Position numbers and translations under genes: made by a program. From Elusimicrobiaceae bacterium (GTDB lineage: Bacteria > Elusimicrobiota > Elusimicrobia > Elusimicrobiales > Elusimicrobiaceae), in assembly GCA_045612285.1 (NCBI GenBank), contig JAZKYS010000019.1:1447-65446 (forward strand): DNA of 64,000 nt, in the 5' to 3' direction. This document shows positions 1 to 9,032 of this stretch, piece by piece. The notes below the pieces were generated by a model, which saw only the letters and a program-made list of their open reading frames with translations, was not told the DNA's origin and did no database searches. The first letter of the stretch is position 1, and each line of letters begins with the position of its first letter.

Positions 1-215
1 CGAAAAACGGTATGGGCTCTTGTCAAAACGGTATTGCCTATTATACCGCAAAAAAAGGCTATACCTATGAACAAGTTTTAAAGAAATACCACCCTAATGC
101 CAAAGTAGGCGATTTTTCTTTAAATATGTTAAAACTGGCGGAAACTATACAAGACAGAGAAGAACTTGAAAATAATTTATCCCAAGCCGAAAATAGACTA
201 AAACAAATGATATAA
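1..215 (+). CDS. C-terminal fragment of a SpoIID/LytB-domain-like protein (5' end outside window)
   Basis: Frame open from window edge. The ...SCQNGIAYYTAKKGYTYEQVLKKYHPNAKV end resembles the conserved MSQxGA...Y..IL..YY end of SpoIID domains. Confidence 0.4.
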   Translation, partial: KNGMGSCQNGIAYYTAKKGYTYEQVLKKYHPNAKVGDFSLNMLKLAETIQDREELENNLSQAENRLKQMI

Positions 216-222
216 TAGTTTT

Positions 223-927
223 ATGAAAAAATTATTATTTTATTTTTGTTTGATATTTTGTATTGCTTGTGCTGTTAAACAAGAAGCACCTTTAGAAGCG
301 GTAAAAAAAGACCTCCCTAAACAAACAGAACAAAAAGATCCTTGTGCTGTTTTTAATAAAGAAATTTTGGCCCTTGCCAAGCAAGACCAATATTTCTTTT
401 TCCCGGTGGATAAAAAACGCCATTTGCCTGCCGAATATACCCCGGCAGATTTAATTGGCAAAGGTAAATTTGCCGTTAGAGAACAAACCAAAAAAGCCTT
501 TGATAAAATGGCCGAAGCGGCAAAAAAAGAGGGAATAAATTTGTTTATTTTATCAGGCTTTAGGCCCTACGCGCGCCAAGAATATCTTTTTAACAGAAGC
601 GTTAAAACAAAAGGCAAAGCACACGCCGATAAATATGTGGCGCGTCCGGGCGCTTCCCAACACCAACTTGGCAGTGCCGTGGATATAAACAGTGTGGAAG
701 ATAGTTTCGTTAATACTAAAGAATATGCCTGGCTTAAAAAAAATGCCGCAAAATTCGGTTTTAGTTTATCCTTCCCAAAAGGACAGGAAGATAAAACAGG
801 ATATTCTTTTGAACCTTGGCATTACCGCTATATCACAATAGAAGGCTGCCAAATACAGCAAGAGCATTTTAACGATAGTCAGGTTGATTTTTTAGATGCC
901 CTTAATGCTTGCTTTGCGCAAAATTGA
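223..927 (+). CDS. M15B (VanY-like) D-alanyl-D-alanine carboxypeptidase, lipoprotein
   Basis: Lipoprotein-type signal peptide (LIFCIAC). Zinc-peptidase motifs SGFRPY, ARPGASQHQLGSAVDI and EPWHYRY. Confidence 0.8.
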   Translation: MKKLLFYFCLIFCIACAVKQEAPLEAVKKDLPKQTEQKDPCAVFNKEILALAKQDQYFFFPVDKKRHLPAEYTPADLIGKGKFAVREQTKKAFDKMAEAAKKEGINLFILSGFRPYARQEYLFNRSVKTKGKAHADKYVARPGASQHQLGSAVDINSVEDSFVNTKEYAWLKKNAAKFGFSLSFPKGQEDKTGYSFEPWHYRYITIEGCQIQQEHFNDSQVDFLDALNACFAQN

Positions 928-940
928 TACAATAGTATAT

Positions 941-1213
941 ATGATAACTTTAGATGAAATTAAAAAAACGGCAAAACTTGCCAAAATTGAAATAACCGAA
1001 CAGGAAGCCCAACTCTATACAAAACAATTAAGCGATGTTTTGGCTTGGGTTGCTAAACTTCAGGAAATTAAAGAAAAACCTGTCTGTAAGGAAAGTATCC
1101 CCAGCACTTATCAAAGGGAAGATACCCCCGTTTCTTTTGAAAACAACGCGGCAATAAGTGCCGCTTTTAATGATAAAAAAGATAATTTCTTAAAGGTAAA
1201 AAAAGTTTTATGA
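941..1213 (+). CDS. gatC: Asp/Glu-tRNA amidotransferase subunit C
   Basis: Start moved to ATG 941 (MITLDEIKKTAKLAKIEITEQE). About 90 aa and GatC-like, with ATGA overlap with gatA at 1210. Confidence 0.85.
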   Translation: MITLDEIKKTAKLAKIEITEQEAQLYTKQLSDVLAWVAKLQEIKEKPVCKESIPSTYQREDTPVSFENNAAISAAFNDKKDNFLKVKKVL

Positions 1214-2604
1214 AAACAGCCCGTCAAATAATTTCAGAAATTAAAGAAGGTAAAACAACTGCCTTAGCCGTAGTTAAAGAAAGTTTAAATAAAATAAAAG
1301 AATTAAACCCCAAAATCAATGCTTTTTTGGAAGTTTTTGAAGAAGAAGCCCTAAAAAAAGCCGCCGAAATTGACGCTAAACCTATTGAACAAAGAGGTTT
1401 GCTTGCAGGTCTTCCTATCGCCTTAAAAGATAATATTTTATATAAAGGGCACAAGGTAAGTTGTGCAAGCAAAATGCTTGAAAATTTTGTTGCCCCTTAC
1501 AGCGCAACCGTGGTGGAAAAACTTTTAAAAGAAGATGCCATAATTATCGGCAGAACTAATATGGATGAATTTGCTATGGGCTCTTCTAACGAGAACTCTG
1601 CCTTCGGTCCTGTTAAAAACCCACACGATTTAACAAGAGTGCCGGGCGGTTCAAGCGGTGGCAGTGCTGCTGCAGTTGCAAGCGGTATGGTAAGCGTGGC
1701 ACTTGGCAGTGATACAGGCGGTTCCGTCCGTCAGCCGGCTTCTTTTTGCGGTGTATGCGGCGTAAAACCGACTTATGGCTCTGTTTCAAGATACGGCCTT
1801 ATTGCTTTTGCTTCAAGCGCAGACCAAATTGCCCCTATCACTTTAGACAGCAAGGACAATGCCTTCATTTTAAGTATTATAAGCGGTGAAGATAAAAAAG
1901 ATTCTTCTTACACAAAACCTTTTGTTTTAAAAGAAGAAGAAATTAAAGATTTAACTATCGGCATTCCAACTGATTTTTTGGCCGGTTTAAATGAAGAAAT
2001 TTTATCTGCTTTAAATCAGGCAAAAGATATTTTAGTAAAACAAGGTTTTAAAGTTAAAGATATAACTTTGCCTTATGCAAAATATTCTTCCCCCTGTTAT
2101 TATATTTTAGCCGGCAGCGAGGCCAGCAGTAATCTTGCCCGTTTTGACGGCCTTAGATATGGCTTTAGCGATAAAACAGCAAAAGATTTAGAAGAAACTT
2201 ACCTTAAAAACAGAGCCGCTTTCGGACCGGAAGTTAAACGCAGAATTATGACCGGCACTTACTGCCTGGGTAGCGCACACGCACAAGATTATTATTTACA
2301 AGCCCAAAAAGTGCGCCAAATTATTAAGGAAGATTTCAAAAGAGCCTTTAGCGAAGTTGATATTATTTTGACGCCAACTTCACCTAGCACCGCTTTTAAA
2401 CTAGGCGAAAAAGTAAATAATATTCTTGATTTATACCTGGCAGATTTATATACCGTGCCTGCTAATATGGCAGGGCTTCCGGCCTTATCAATACCTTTTG
2501 GTAAAGATAAAAACAATCTACCGATAGGTATTCAATTTTACGGCAATTATTTTGAAGAAAATAAACTTTACGGACTGGCCAAACTTTTAGAACAGGAGAA
2601 ATAA
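1210..2604 (+). CDS. gatA: Glutamyl-tRNA(Gln) amidotransferase subunit A
   Basis: Amidase signature GGSSGGSAAAVA, with full-length GatA-like sequence following gatC. Confidence 0.95.
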   Translation: MKTARQIISEIKEGKTTALAVVKESLNKIKELNPKINAFLEVFEEEALKKAAEIDAKPIEQRGLLAGLPIALKDNILYKGHKVSCASKMLENFVAPYSATVVEKLLKEDAIIIGRTNMDEFAMGSSNENSAFGPVKNPHDLTRVPGGSSGGSAAAVASGMVSVALGSDTGGSVRQPASFCGVCGVKPTYGSVSRYGLIAFASSADQIAPITLDSKDNAFILSIISGEDKKDSSYTKPFVLKEEEIKDLTIGIPTDFLAGLNEEILSALNQAKDILVKQGFKVKDITLPYAKYSSPCYYILAGSEASSNLARFDGLRYGFSDKTAKDLEETYLKNRAAFGPEVKRRIMTGTYCLGSAHAQDYYLQAQKVRQIIKEDFKRAFSEVDIILTPTSPSTAFKLGEKVNNILDLYLADLYTVPANMAGLPALSIPFGKDKNNLPIGIQFYGNYFEENKLYGLAKLLEQEK

Positions 2605-3039
2605 ATGTTTGCGGAGTTTTCTTGCGGCGGAGTTATTTTGGAAAATAATAAAGTCCTTCTAGTGCAAGTTAAAAGTATGAAGGGCCGCAAGATTTGGACT
2701 TTCCCCAAAGGCCATATAGAACAGGGCGAAACCCCGCGCCAAGCCGCGCTTAGAGAAGTGCTTGAAGAAACCGGCTATAAAGCCTCTATCGTAAAACCGC
2801 TTTTAAAAGTGCGCTATGCTTTTACCTTAAAAGGCAGATATGTGCGTAAAGTTGTTCAATGGTATCTAATGAAAAAACTCGGCCGTATCGGTAAGCACGA
2901 CCCTTCTGAAATTTTGGCAATTAACTGGGTTTCCATAAACAAAGCAAAAGAAATGGTGGAATACCCCAGCGATAAGCGCCTCTTAGAACTTGTTGAAGAA
3001 GAAAACAATTTAACAAAAGACTTATCTAAAGTTTTATAA
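2605..3039 (+). CDS. NUDIX hydrolase
   Basis: Nudix box GHIEQGETPRQAALREVLEETG. Confidence 0.85.
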   Translation: MFAEFSCGGVILENNKVLLVQVKSMKGRKIWTFPKGHIEQGETPRQAALREVLEETGYKASIVKPLLKVRYAFTLKGRYVRKVVQWYLMKKLGRIGKHDPSEILAINWVSINKAKEMVEYPSDKRLLELVEEENNLTKDLSKVL

Positions 3040-3084
3040 ATCAACACGCATTTAAAATACCTTATTATTTCAAATAGTAAAATA

Positions 3085-3093
3085 TGATATACT
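3085..3093 (+). promoter_or_regulatory. Extended -10 promoter element (TGaTATACT) driving leader RNA copy A
   Basis: The same TGnTATACT lies at the same distance from the conserved 5' hairpin in all three leader copies. It resembles the AAATTT(A/G)nTATAAT motif upstream of smc, the activase and clpC. Confidence 0.55.
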
Positions 3094-3098
3094 AAAAA

Positions 3099-3340
3099 TG
3101 TAAGTATTTTTTTACTTACATAAAAATTTAATCTGTTTTTGGATGCCGAAAGGCTGCTTTTACATAAGTAAAAGTGTATTCAAATCCCAAAACAGCTGTT
3201 ATAGGTGTATAACACAAAGTCTAATTAACTTTTGTGATATACGCTGAATGTTTGCATATGCAAACTACGGCTGTTATATTTAGGGCATTGAATACACTTA
3301 AATATAAAAGCCGTTTTTTATGCTCCGAAAACCTGTTTAA
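3099..3340 (+). ncRNA. Structured 5' leader RNA, copy A (candidate cis-regulatory RNA of pilin-like gene)
   Basis: 5' hairpin 3100-3106/3113-3119, then invariant TAAAAATTTAATCTGTTTTTGGA at 3121-3143. Hairpins at 3145-3154, 3157-3174, 3205-3242 and 3250-3265. Long-range pair 3174-3183/3288-3297, helix 3267-3281/3300-3314, closing pair 3133-3143/3324-3335. All helices covary with copies B and C. Confidence 0.7.
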
Positions 3341-3354
3341 AAGGAGTATAAAAA

Positions 3355-3873
3355 ATGAATATAGTTTCAAAAAAAACAAAAGGCTTTACCTTAATTGAAT
3401 TATTAGTTGTAGTTTTGATTATCGGTATTTTGGCGGCTATTGCCGTGCCGCAATATGAAAAAGCTGTTTTAAATAGCAGATTAACACAATATATTGTCTA
3501 TATGGATGCCTTAAGAAAAGGTGCTGACCTTTATTATTTAGCTAATGGTAAAATGACTAATGATGTCCGGGATCTTGATATAGATGTTGAACCCAATGCG
3601 ATAACATTTAAAACTTCAACTATATCCCCCCTCGCAACGGGTGTTTTTTTTAAAGATGGACTTGAGTGTATGGTCCACTTTCAAGACATAGCTTGCCTTG
3701 GAAAAGATTTCTATTTACTATCTAGTCATTCCTGGAGAAATACTCCTTTTCAAGGAATTATTTGTTTTGGAAAAAATAACAAAAAAGCAGAAGAAATTTG
3801 TAAATCAAAATCCAATGGGATATCTGTTTATTATCACGAAAATTTCCAATCAAATGGATATAGGCTACAATAA
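3355..3873 (+). CDS. Prepilin-type N-terminal cleavage/methylation domain protein (type IV pilin/pseudopilin-like)
   Basis: KG|[24 protein letters not shown] motif, SD AAGGAG at 3341-3346, and a divergent Cys-containing C-terminal domain. Confidence 0.85.
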   Translation: MNIVSKKTKGFTLIELLVVVLIIGILAAIAVPQYEKAVLNSRLTQYIVYMDALRKGADLYYLANGKMTNDVRDLDIDVEPNAITFKTSTISPLATGVFFKDGLECMVHFQDIACLGKDFYLLSSHSWRNTPFQGIICFGKNNKKAEEICKSKSNGISVYYHENFQSNGYRLQ

Positions 3874-3958
3874 TCTTTTTATTTTTATTACTAATTTAAA
3901 AATTTACCTCTTGTAAAAAACATATTAATTATTAATAATATATTTAAGAGGTATATTT

Positions 3959-5650
3959 ATGGAAAATGAAAACGAGAACAGCAAAACTGTTTCAAGTAAA
4001 ATAATTGTCCTTTATTTAGTAGGGATTTTAGTTGTTATATTTCTTTCCCTACCGTTAATTTTTCAAGAGGAAACAAACCCTGTAAATAAACAAAACAAAG
4101 AGCAAGAGGTTTTGCCCCTTCAGAGTGAAAACCCTTTTACCTATTATTTTAAATTATTTAAAAACTTCTACTCATCAAGCAAAAGACAGGAACGCAATAC
4201 ATTTTCAAAAATAAAAAATAATTTGGAAGCAAAAAATAATGTTGCCGGCACTGCTCTAAGAAGAGGCGCCCAGCAATATATGGCTTCTAAATCTTCCGGT
4301 AATATTTCAGAAGAGCAAACTGCTATGGCAAGCAAAAATTATTACGCAGAAGAAAACGCACCCCAACAATATTACCAAAACGAAAAACAACAGCAAATTC
4401 AAAATTCTTTACAGGAACTAACAGAGCCGTTTGCCAAACAAGAACCTTTTGAAGATTTCCTTATGGAAGGCCTTTACGACACTTCCGAATTAGATTCTTA
4501 TGAAAGAAAATCAGAAGCAAGAAAAAAGGCTTTAGATATTATTAATCCAAGCCCTTTTGCCTTTTTGCCCTCTGCCGAAATGACAGAAAAACCTTTGGCA
4601 AAAAATACTTCTCAGATAATTACTCAAAAAAACACCCCGCAAGAAGCCAAAACTATTTTATTTAGCGACGGAACAAAAACTAATAGAGTTTCCGCTTCGG
4701 CCAGCAAATATATTAATAAAGTTTTTAACCCTTTTAAAACTACTGAAACTATCGCAGATAAAATAAACCTGGCAGGACTGCCTTTTGAAACACAAGCAGG
4801 TTTAGTATCCGCAAAATTAAACGATATATACACGGATAATCAAGCCTCTTCAAGTAGCTCCGGCAGTTCTTACCCCTATGGCCCGGATAATCAAGGCGGG
4901 CAAAGCGGCCCCACACCAAGACCGCCGCTTCCGCCAAATCCGCCCGCACCGCCCCAAGATACTTTTGACCCGACAAAATGGGACCCAAAAGTTGATGTTC
5001 TTTGTTCTGTGCCCTCTTTTACAGCGGTTCAGGAAGCCCCTGCCTTATTAAAACCCTTAGGGCAGCCCCAAGAAACGCAAACACAAGAAAAAACGCAAGA
5101 AGAATCTAACCCCGATAAAATAGAACATTGCGACCAAGAATTACAGGATAAACTGCCAAAAGTAAATAATGAAATGCAACAAAATTATAATTATTTGCTA
5201 GTTTCCGGCAGATATCAAGGTAAAATAATGATACCGGCATATAATTCTTTGTCAGATACTATTTTGACCTTTGGTATTCAATCTGTTGACCAAAACTTTT
5301 TAAATTATCCCCAGCAATTACAAGGCAAGAAGTTTTCCGAAAATACAAAACCAACCAATTTTGAATTTGCTGTTGATTTAAACCCTCAAGTTTTTGAACA
5401 AATGCTTAGAGATGATAAAACTATTCTTATTTCCGTTGACCCGCAAGATCAGCAAAGACATCCCGAAAAAACTATTTTAATACAAAGCGGCGAAATTGAA
5501 ACTTTCAGCGGGGTGAACAGAATTATTGACGAGATAAATAACTTCCCGCAAAAACAGGCGGAACTTAAAAGAGCCGCTAAAGAAAACGAAAAAAAGGAAA
5601 AAGAACAAAAAGCGCAAGATTTACAAAATAAAATAAATTCCGCAATATAA
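3959..5650 (+). CDS. Hypothetical membrane-anchored Gln/Pro-rich protein
   Basis: 563-aa ORF with SD AAGAGG and one N-terminal TM helix. Low-complexity Q/N-rich regions, a Ser run and PTPRPPLPPNPPAPP. No family recognised. Confidence 0.6.
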   Translation: MENENENSKTVSSKIIVLYLVGILVVIFLSLPLIFQEETNPVNKQNKEQEVLPLQSENPFTYYFKLFKNFYSSSKRQERNTFSKIKNNLEAKNNVAGTALRRGAQQYMASKSSGNISEEQTAMASKNYYAEENAPQQYYQNEKQQQIQNSLQELTEPFAKQEPFEDFLMEGLYDTSELDSYERKSEARKKALDIINPSPFAFLPSAEMTEKPLAKNTSQIITQKNTPQEAKTILFSDGTKTNRVSASASKYINKVFNPFKTTETIADKINLAGLPFETQAGLVSAKLNDIYTDNQASSSSSGSSYPYGPDNQGGQSGPTPRPPLPPNPPAPPQDTFDPTKWDPKVDVLCSVPSFTAVQEAPALLKPLGQPQETQTQEKTQEESNPDKIEHCDQELQDKLPKVNNEMQQNYNYLLVSGRYQGKIMIPAYNSLSDTILTFGIQSVDQNFLNYPQQLQGKKFSENTKPTNFEFAVDLNPQVFEQMLRDDKTILISVDPQDQQRHPEKTILIQSGEIETFSGVNRIIDEINNFPQKQAELKRAAKENEKKEKEQKAQDLQNKINSAI

Positions 5651-5653
5651 ATT

Positions 5654-7105
5654 ATGAAAATAAAAACAGATTTAAGTAATTTAGAACAGTGCTTACCAAA
5701 AAATTTAAATGCTCAAAAAAAAGATGCGTTTAAAACTTTATTCTATTCAAAAATGGCCCTTGTGATGCACGAAAGGTATAAAGGTAAAATAGCGAGTTTT
5801 CCAAAAGCGGCTTTTTGGGGGCCGGCCTGGCTTAATATTTGGTATACCCCAGGTGTTAGCGCACCAACTTTGGCAATAAAAAATAAAGAAGAAACTTCCT
5901 ACACCTTAACTAACCGCGCAAATAAAGTTGCTATTGTTAGCGACGGAACACGCGTTTTAGGGCTTGGCAACTGCGGGCCTAAAAGCGCACTAGCCGTTAT
6001 GGAAGGCAAGGCCTTATTAATGAATCGCCTTGGCGCAATAGACGCTGAGGCTTTATGTATTGATTCTCTTGATGAAAACGGCCAAAATAATGCCAAAAAA
6101 ATTATTGATTTTGTGCGTATGGTAAGCCCGTCTTATAGCGCAATTAATCTTGAAGATATAAGCCAGCCAAATTGTTATAAAGTATTAGATGAGTTAAAAA
6201 GAGATTGCCCTATCCCCGTTTGGCACGATGATGCGCAGGGAACAGCCTGTATAACTTGCGCCGCTTTAATAAATGCCCTAAAAGTAGCCGGGAAAAAAAT
6301 AGATAAAGTTAAAATAGTTTTATTTGGCGCAGGGGCCGCAAATACAAGCACGGCAACTTTTCTTTTTGCGCTTGGGGCAAAACCGCAAAATATGATTTTG
6401 TTTGATTCTAAAGGCCCTTTACATAAAAACAGAACCGATTTAAAAAATAATCCTAACTATTACAAACAATGGAGTCTTTGCCAAAAAACAAATTTAAAAA
6501 ATATAAATTCCAAAGAAGAAGCCTTTAAAGATGCCGATGTTTTAATTGCTTTTTCTAGGCCGGGGCCAAATGTTATTGAGCCGGACTTAATTAAACTTAT
6601 GGCAAAACGCGCTATTGTTTTTGCCTGCGCAAACCCCGTGCCGGAAATCTACCCCGAAGAAGCAATAAAAGCAGGCGCTTTTATCGTTGGCACCGGCAGG
6701 GGCGACTTTGAAAATCAAATAAATAATTCCCTTTGTTTCCCGGGGATTTTAAAAGGGGTTTTACTTTGCGGAGCAAAAAAAATAACTGATACTATGGCTA
6801 TCGCCGCAGCAAAAGCCATTGCCAAACGCGCGCAAGATACCGCTTTAAACCGCCACCACATTTTGCCTGATTCAAACGATAGGGAAGTTTACCCCCTTCA
6901 AGCAGCGGCCGTTGCCGCGCAAGCACAAAAGGAAGGCCTTGCAACTATAAAAATTACTCCTAAACAAGTTTACAAGCAAGTTAAAGCGGAAATTACTAAA
7001 AAAGATAAAATAAGTAAACTTTTAATTAAAAATAAATTTATAAAAAAGCCTTCCCAAAGTTTAATTGAAAAAGTTTTTAAACAAACTTTAAAGGAAATTT
7101 TATGA
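5654..7105 (+). CDS. NAD(P)-dependent malic enzyme
   Basis: VAIVSDGTRVLGLGNCG, VMEGKALL and Rossmann GAGAAN motifs typical of bacterial malic enzymes. Confidence 0.85.
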   Translation: MKIKTDLSNLEQCLPKNLNAQKKDAFKTLFYSKMALVMHERYKGKIASFPKAAFWGPAWLNIWYTPGVSAPTLAIKNKEETSYTLTNRANKVAIVSDGTRVLGLGNCGPKSALAVMEGKALLMNRLGAIDAEALCIDSLDENGQNNAKKIIDFVRMVSPSYSAINLEDISQPNCYKVLDELKRDCPIPVWHDDAQGTACITCAALINALKVAGKKIDKVKIVLFGAGAANTSTATFLFALGAKPQNMILFDSKGPLHKNRTDLKNNPNYYKQWSLCQKTNLKNINSKEEAFKDADVLIAFSRPGPNVIEPDLIKLMAKRAIVFACANPVPEIYPEEAIKAGAFIVGTGRGDFENQINNSLCFPGILKGVLLCGAKKITDTMAIAAAKAIAKRAQDTALNRHHILPDSNDREVYPLQAAAVAAQAQKEGLATIKITPKQVYKQVKAEITKKDKISKLLIKNKFIKKPSQSLIEKVFKQTLKEIL

Positions 7106-7941
7106 AGATTATAGAAGCAAAAAAAATTACAACTGCCGTTAGAGAAATGTGTATCAAAGCAGCGCATAATTTGCCCGCTGATATTTTGCTTGCTATAAAA
7201 GAATCTAAAACAAAACAAACAGGCCTAGCAAAACATTTAACAGATTTAATGCTTGAAAATGCCAAAATCGCTAAAACAGAGTTTTACCCCCTTTGCCAAG
7301 ATACAGGCACAGCTGTTTTGTTTGTAGAAATCGGCAGCGAGATTTTTATTAAAGGCAATATTACAAAAGCCATAAACGCCGGTGTCAAGCAAGGCTACAA
7401 AGAAGGTTATTTAAGAAAATCTATCGTCAAAGATCCTCTTTTTAAGCGCAAAAACACCACCGATAATACGCCAGCCATTATTCATTATTCTTTTAAAAAC
7501 GGCGATAAATTAAAAATTTCCCTTTTACTTAAAGGGGCCGGTTCGGAAAACAAAAGTGTTCTAAAAATGTTTGCGCCAAGCGCAAGCGTTCAAGATATAA
7601 AAGATTTTATTTTATCAGCCGTTAAAACAGCCGGTGCAAACGCTTGCCCGCCTTTTGTTATAGGTATCGGTATCGGCGGAAATTTTGAACAGTCCGCCAA
7701 ACTTGCCAAAAAAGCCTTACTTAGAAAAATAAACAATTTTAATAAAAACAAATCTTATGCTGAGTTAGAAAAAGATTTACTTAAAGAAATAAATAAAACA
7801 AAAATCGGCCCGCAGGGCCTTGGCGGTAATATTTCTGCTTTAGGTGTTTTTATTGAACAGGAACCCTGCCACACTGCTAGTTTACCCGTTGCCGTAAATA
7901 TAAGTTGCCATGTTTCAAGGCATATAACAGAGGTTTTATGA
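7102..7941 (+). CDS. Class I (Fe-S) fumarate hydratase, alpha-type subunit
   Basis: CQDTGTAV and KGAGSENKS motifs. Stop overlaps the start of the beta subunit. Confidence 0.85.
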   Translation: MKIIEAKKITTAVREMCIKAAHNLPADILLAIKESKTKQTGLAKHLTDLMLENAKIAKTEFYPLCQDTGTAVLFVEIGSEIFIKGNITKAINAGVKQGYKEGYLRKSIVKDPLFKRKNTTDNTPAIIHYSFKNGDKLKISLLLKGAGSENKSVLKMFAPSASVQDIKDFILSAVKTAGANACPPFVIGIGIGGNFEQSAKLAKKALLRKINNFNKNKSYAELEKDLLKEINKTKIGPQGLGGNISALGVFIEQEPCHTASLPVAVNISCHVSRHITEVL

Positions 7942-8444
7942 TAAATCTTACAACACCTTTAAATTTAGAAAAAATAAAAAATATAAAAGCCGGCACGCAA
8001 ATTTTTTTAAGCGGAACAATTTTTTCTATGCGAGATAAAGCCCATAAAAAAATGGTGGAAGAAAATTTTTATCCTTTAAATTTAAAAAATCAAACAATCT
8101 TTTATATGGGCCCTTCTCCGACGAGGCCCGGCCGTAAAAGCGGCAGTTGCGGGCCAACAACAAGCGCCCGTATGGATAAATGGACTCCCACTTTTATAAA
8201 AAAAACGGGTATAATTGGTATTATAGGCAAAGGAGAACGCTGCCAAGCAGTTAAAGAAGCTATGAAAGGCAAAGTTGTTTACTTTCTTGCTTTTGGCGGG
8301 CTTGGTGCCCTTTACGCAAAATGCGTTAAGAAAAGTGAAGTTGTGCTTTTTAAAGATTTAGGCTGTGAAGCTGTTTATAAACTTGAAGTTGAAAAGATGC
8401 CCTTAATTGTGGCACAAGATATTAAAGGAGATTCTATTTTATGA
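7938..8444 (+). CDS. Class I fumarate hydratase, beta-type subunit
   Basis: Start moved to ATG 7938 (ATGA overlap). GPTTSARMD and IGKGER motifs. Confidence 0.85.
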   Translation: MINLTTPLNLEKIKNIKAGTQIFLSGTIFSMRDKAHKKMVEENFYPLNLKNQTIFYMGPSPTRPGRKSGSCGPTTSARMDKWTPTFIKKTGIIGIIGKGERCQAVKEAMKGKVVYFLAFGGLGALYAKCVKKSEVVLFKDLGCEAVYKLEVEKMPLIVAQDIKGDSIL

Positions 8445-9031
8445 AAAAAACTATATCTTTATCTTTATTTTTAATTGCTGTTATTTGCTTTTGTGCTTGT
8501 ATAGGTTCTAAAGCGCCAAGAACAACTAAACAAGAACAGGCAGATGAAGCCTCTACTTATAACCGCTCTAAAAAAGCCTCTTATGAAAACAGAATAAGAT
8601 ATTCCGCTTTTGCCCCTTTTATGTATGAAGATAAATTTTATTCTTATTATTCTCTTGCTTATACGCCCTCTAATCCGGATAAAAACGGTTATAGCGAAGC
8701 CGTCTTAAAAAACGGTCCCAAAGCAGGGCAAACTGTGCGCACAAAAAATATTATTTATAAAACGAAACCAGCAAGCGCAAGTGATTTAAAAAAAGGGCAA
8801 GTTGTTTTAGTAAATCATTGGAATCCAAGAGTTCAAGATGAAAACGCCCGCATTGATATCTGGAGAAAAGGCATTGTCTATAACTTAGATGAAATAGATA
8901 ATGGTAAAGTTATGCTTGAATTCCCGCATGACCAAAACGATTTTATGGCAACAAAAGAAACTTACCTTTTACAAAATATTCGCCTTATTGTAAAACCAAT
9001 TTTAAAAGATCCAAGGAATTTTATAGAATAA
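8441..9031 (+). CDS. Hypothetical lipoprotein
   Basis: Signal peptide with Cys-rich lipobox-like end (CFCACIGS). No family recognised. Confidence 0.55.
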   Translation: MKKTISLSLFLIAVICFCACIGSKAPRTTKQEQADEASTYNRSKKASYENRIRYSAFAPFMYEDKFYSYYSLAYTPSNPDKNGYSEAVLKNGPKAGQTVRTKNIIYKTKPASASDLKKGQVVLVNHWNPRVQDENARIDIWRKGIVYNLDEIDNGKVMLEFPHDQNDFMATKETYLLQNIRLIVKPILKDPRNFIE

Positions 9032-9032
9032 A

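Noticed and set aside
896-940. Upstream starts in the ORF track for gatC (896), the fumarase beta subunit (7905), the SGNH hydrolase (18473), the OMP (61225) and the FadL-like gene (55268)
   Set aside because: The internal ATGs at 941, 7938, 18500, 61273 and 55280 give proper N-termini or signal peptides, SD sequences or ATGA coupling. The extensions overlap the preceding genes.
3133-3335. Leader RNA considered as a c-di-GMP (GEMM-I/II) riboswitch, because such riboswitches control pili and copy A has a GAAA tetraloop hairpin
   Set aside because: The GAAA hairpin is not conserved, since copies B and C have different loops. The GEMM consensus segments, such as ...GCAAACC... and ...GACGCAAAGCC..., are absent.
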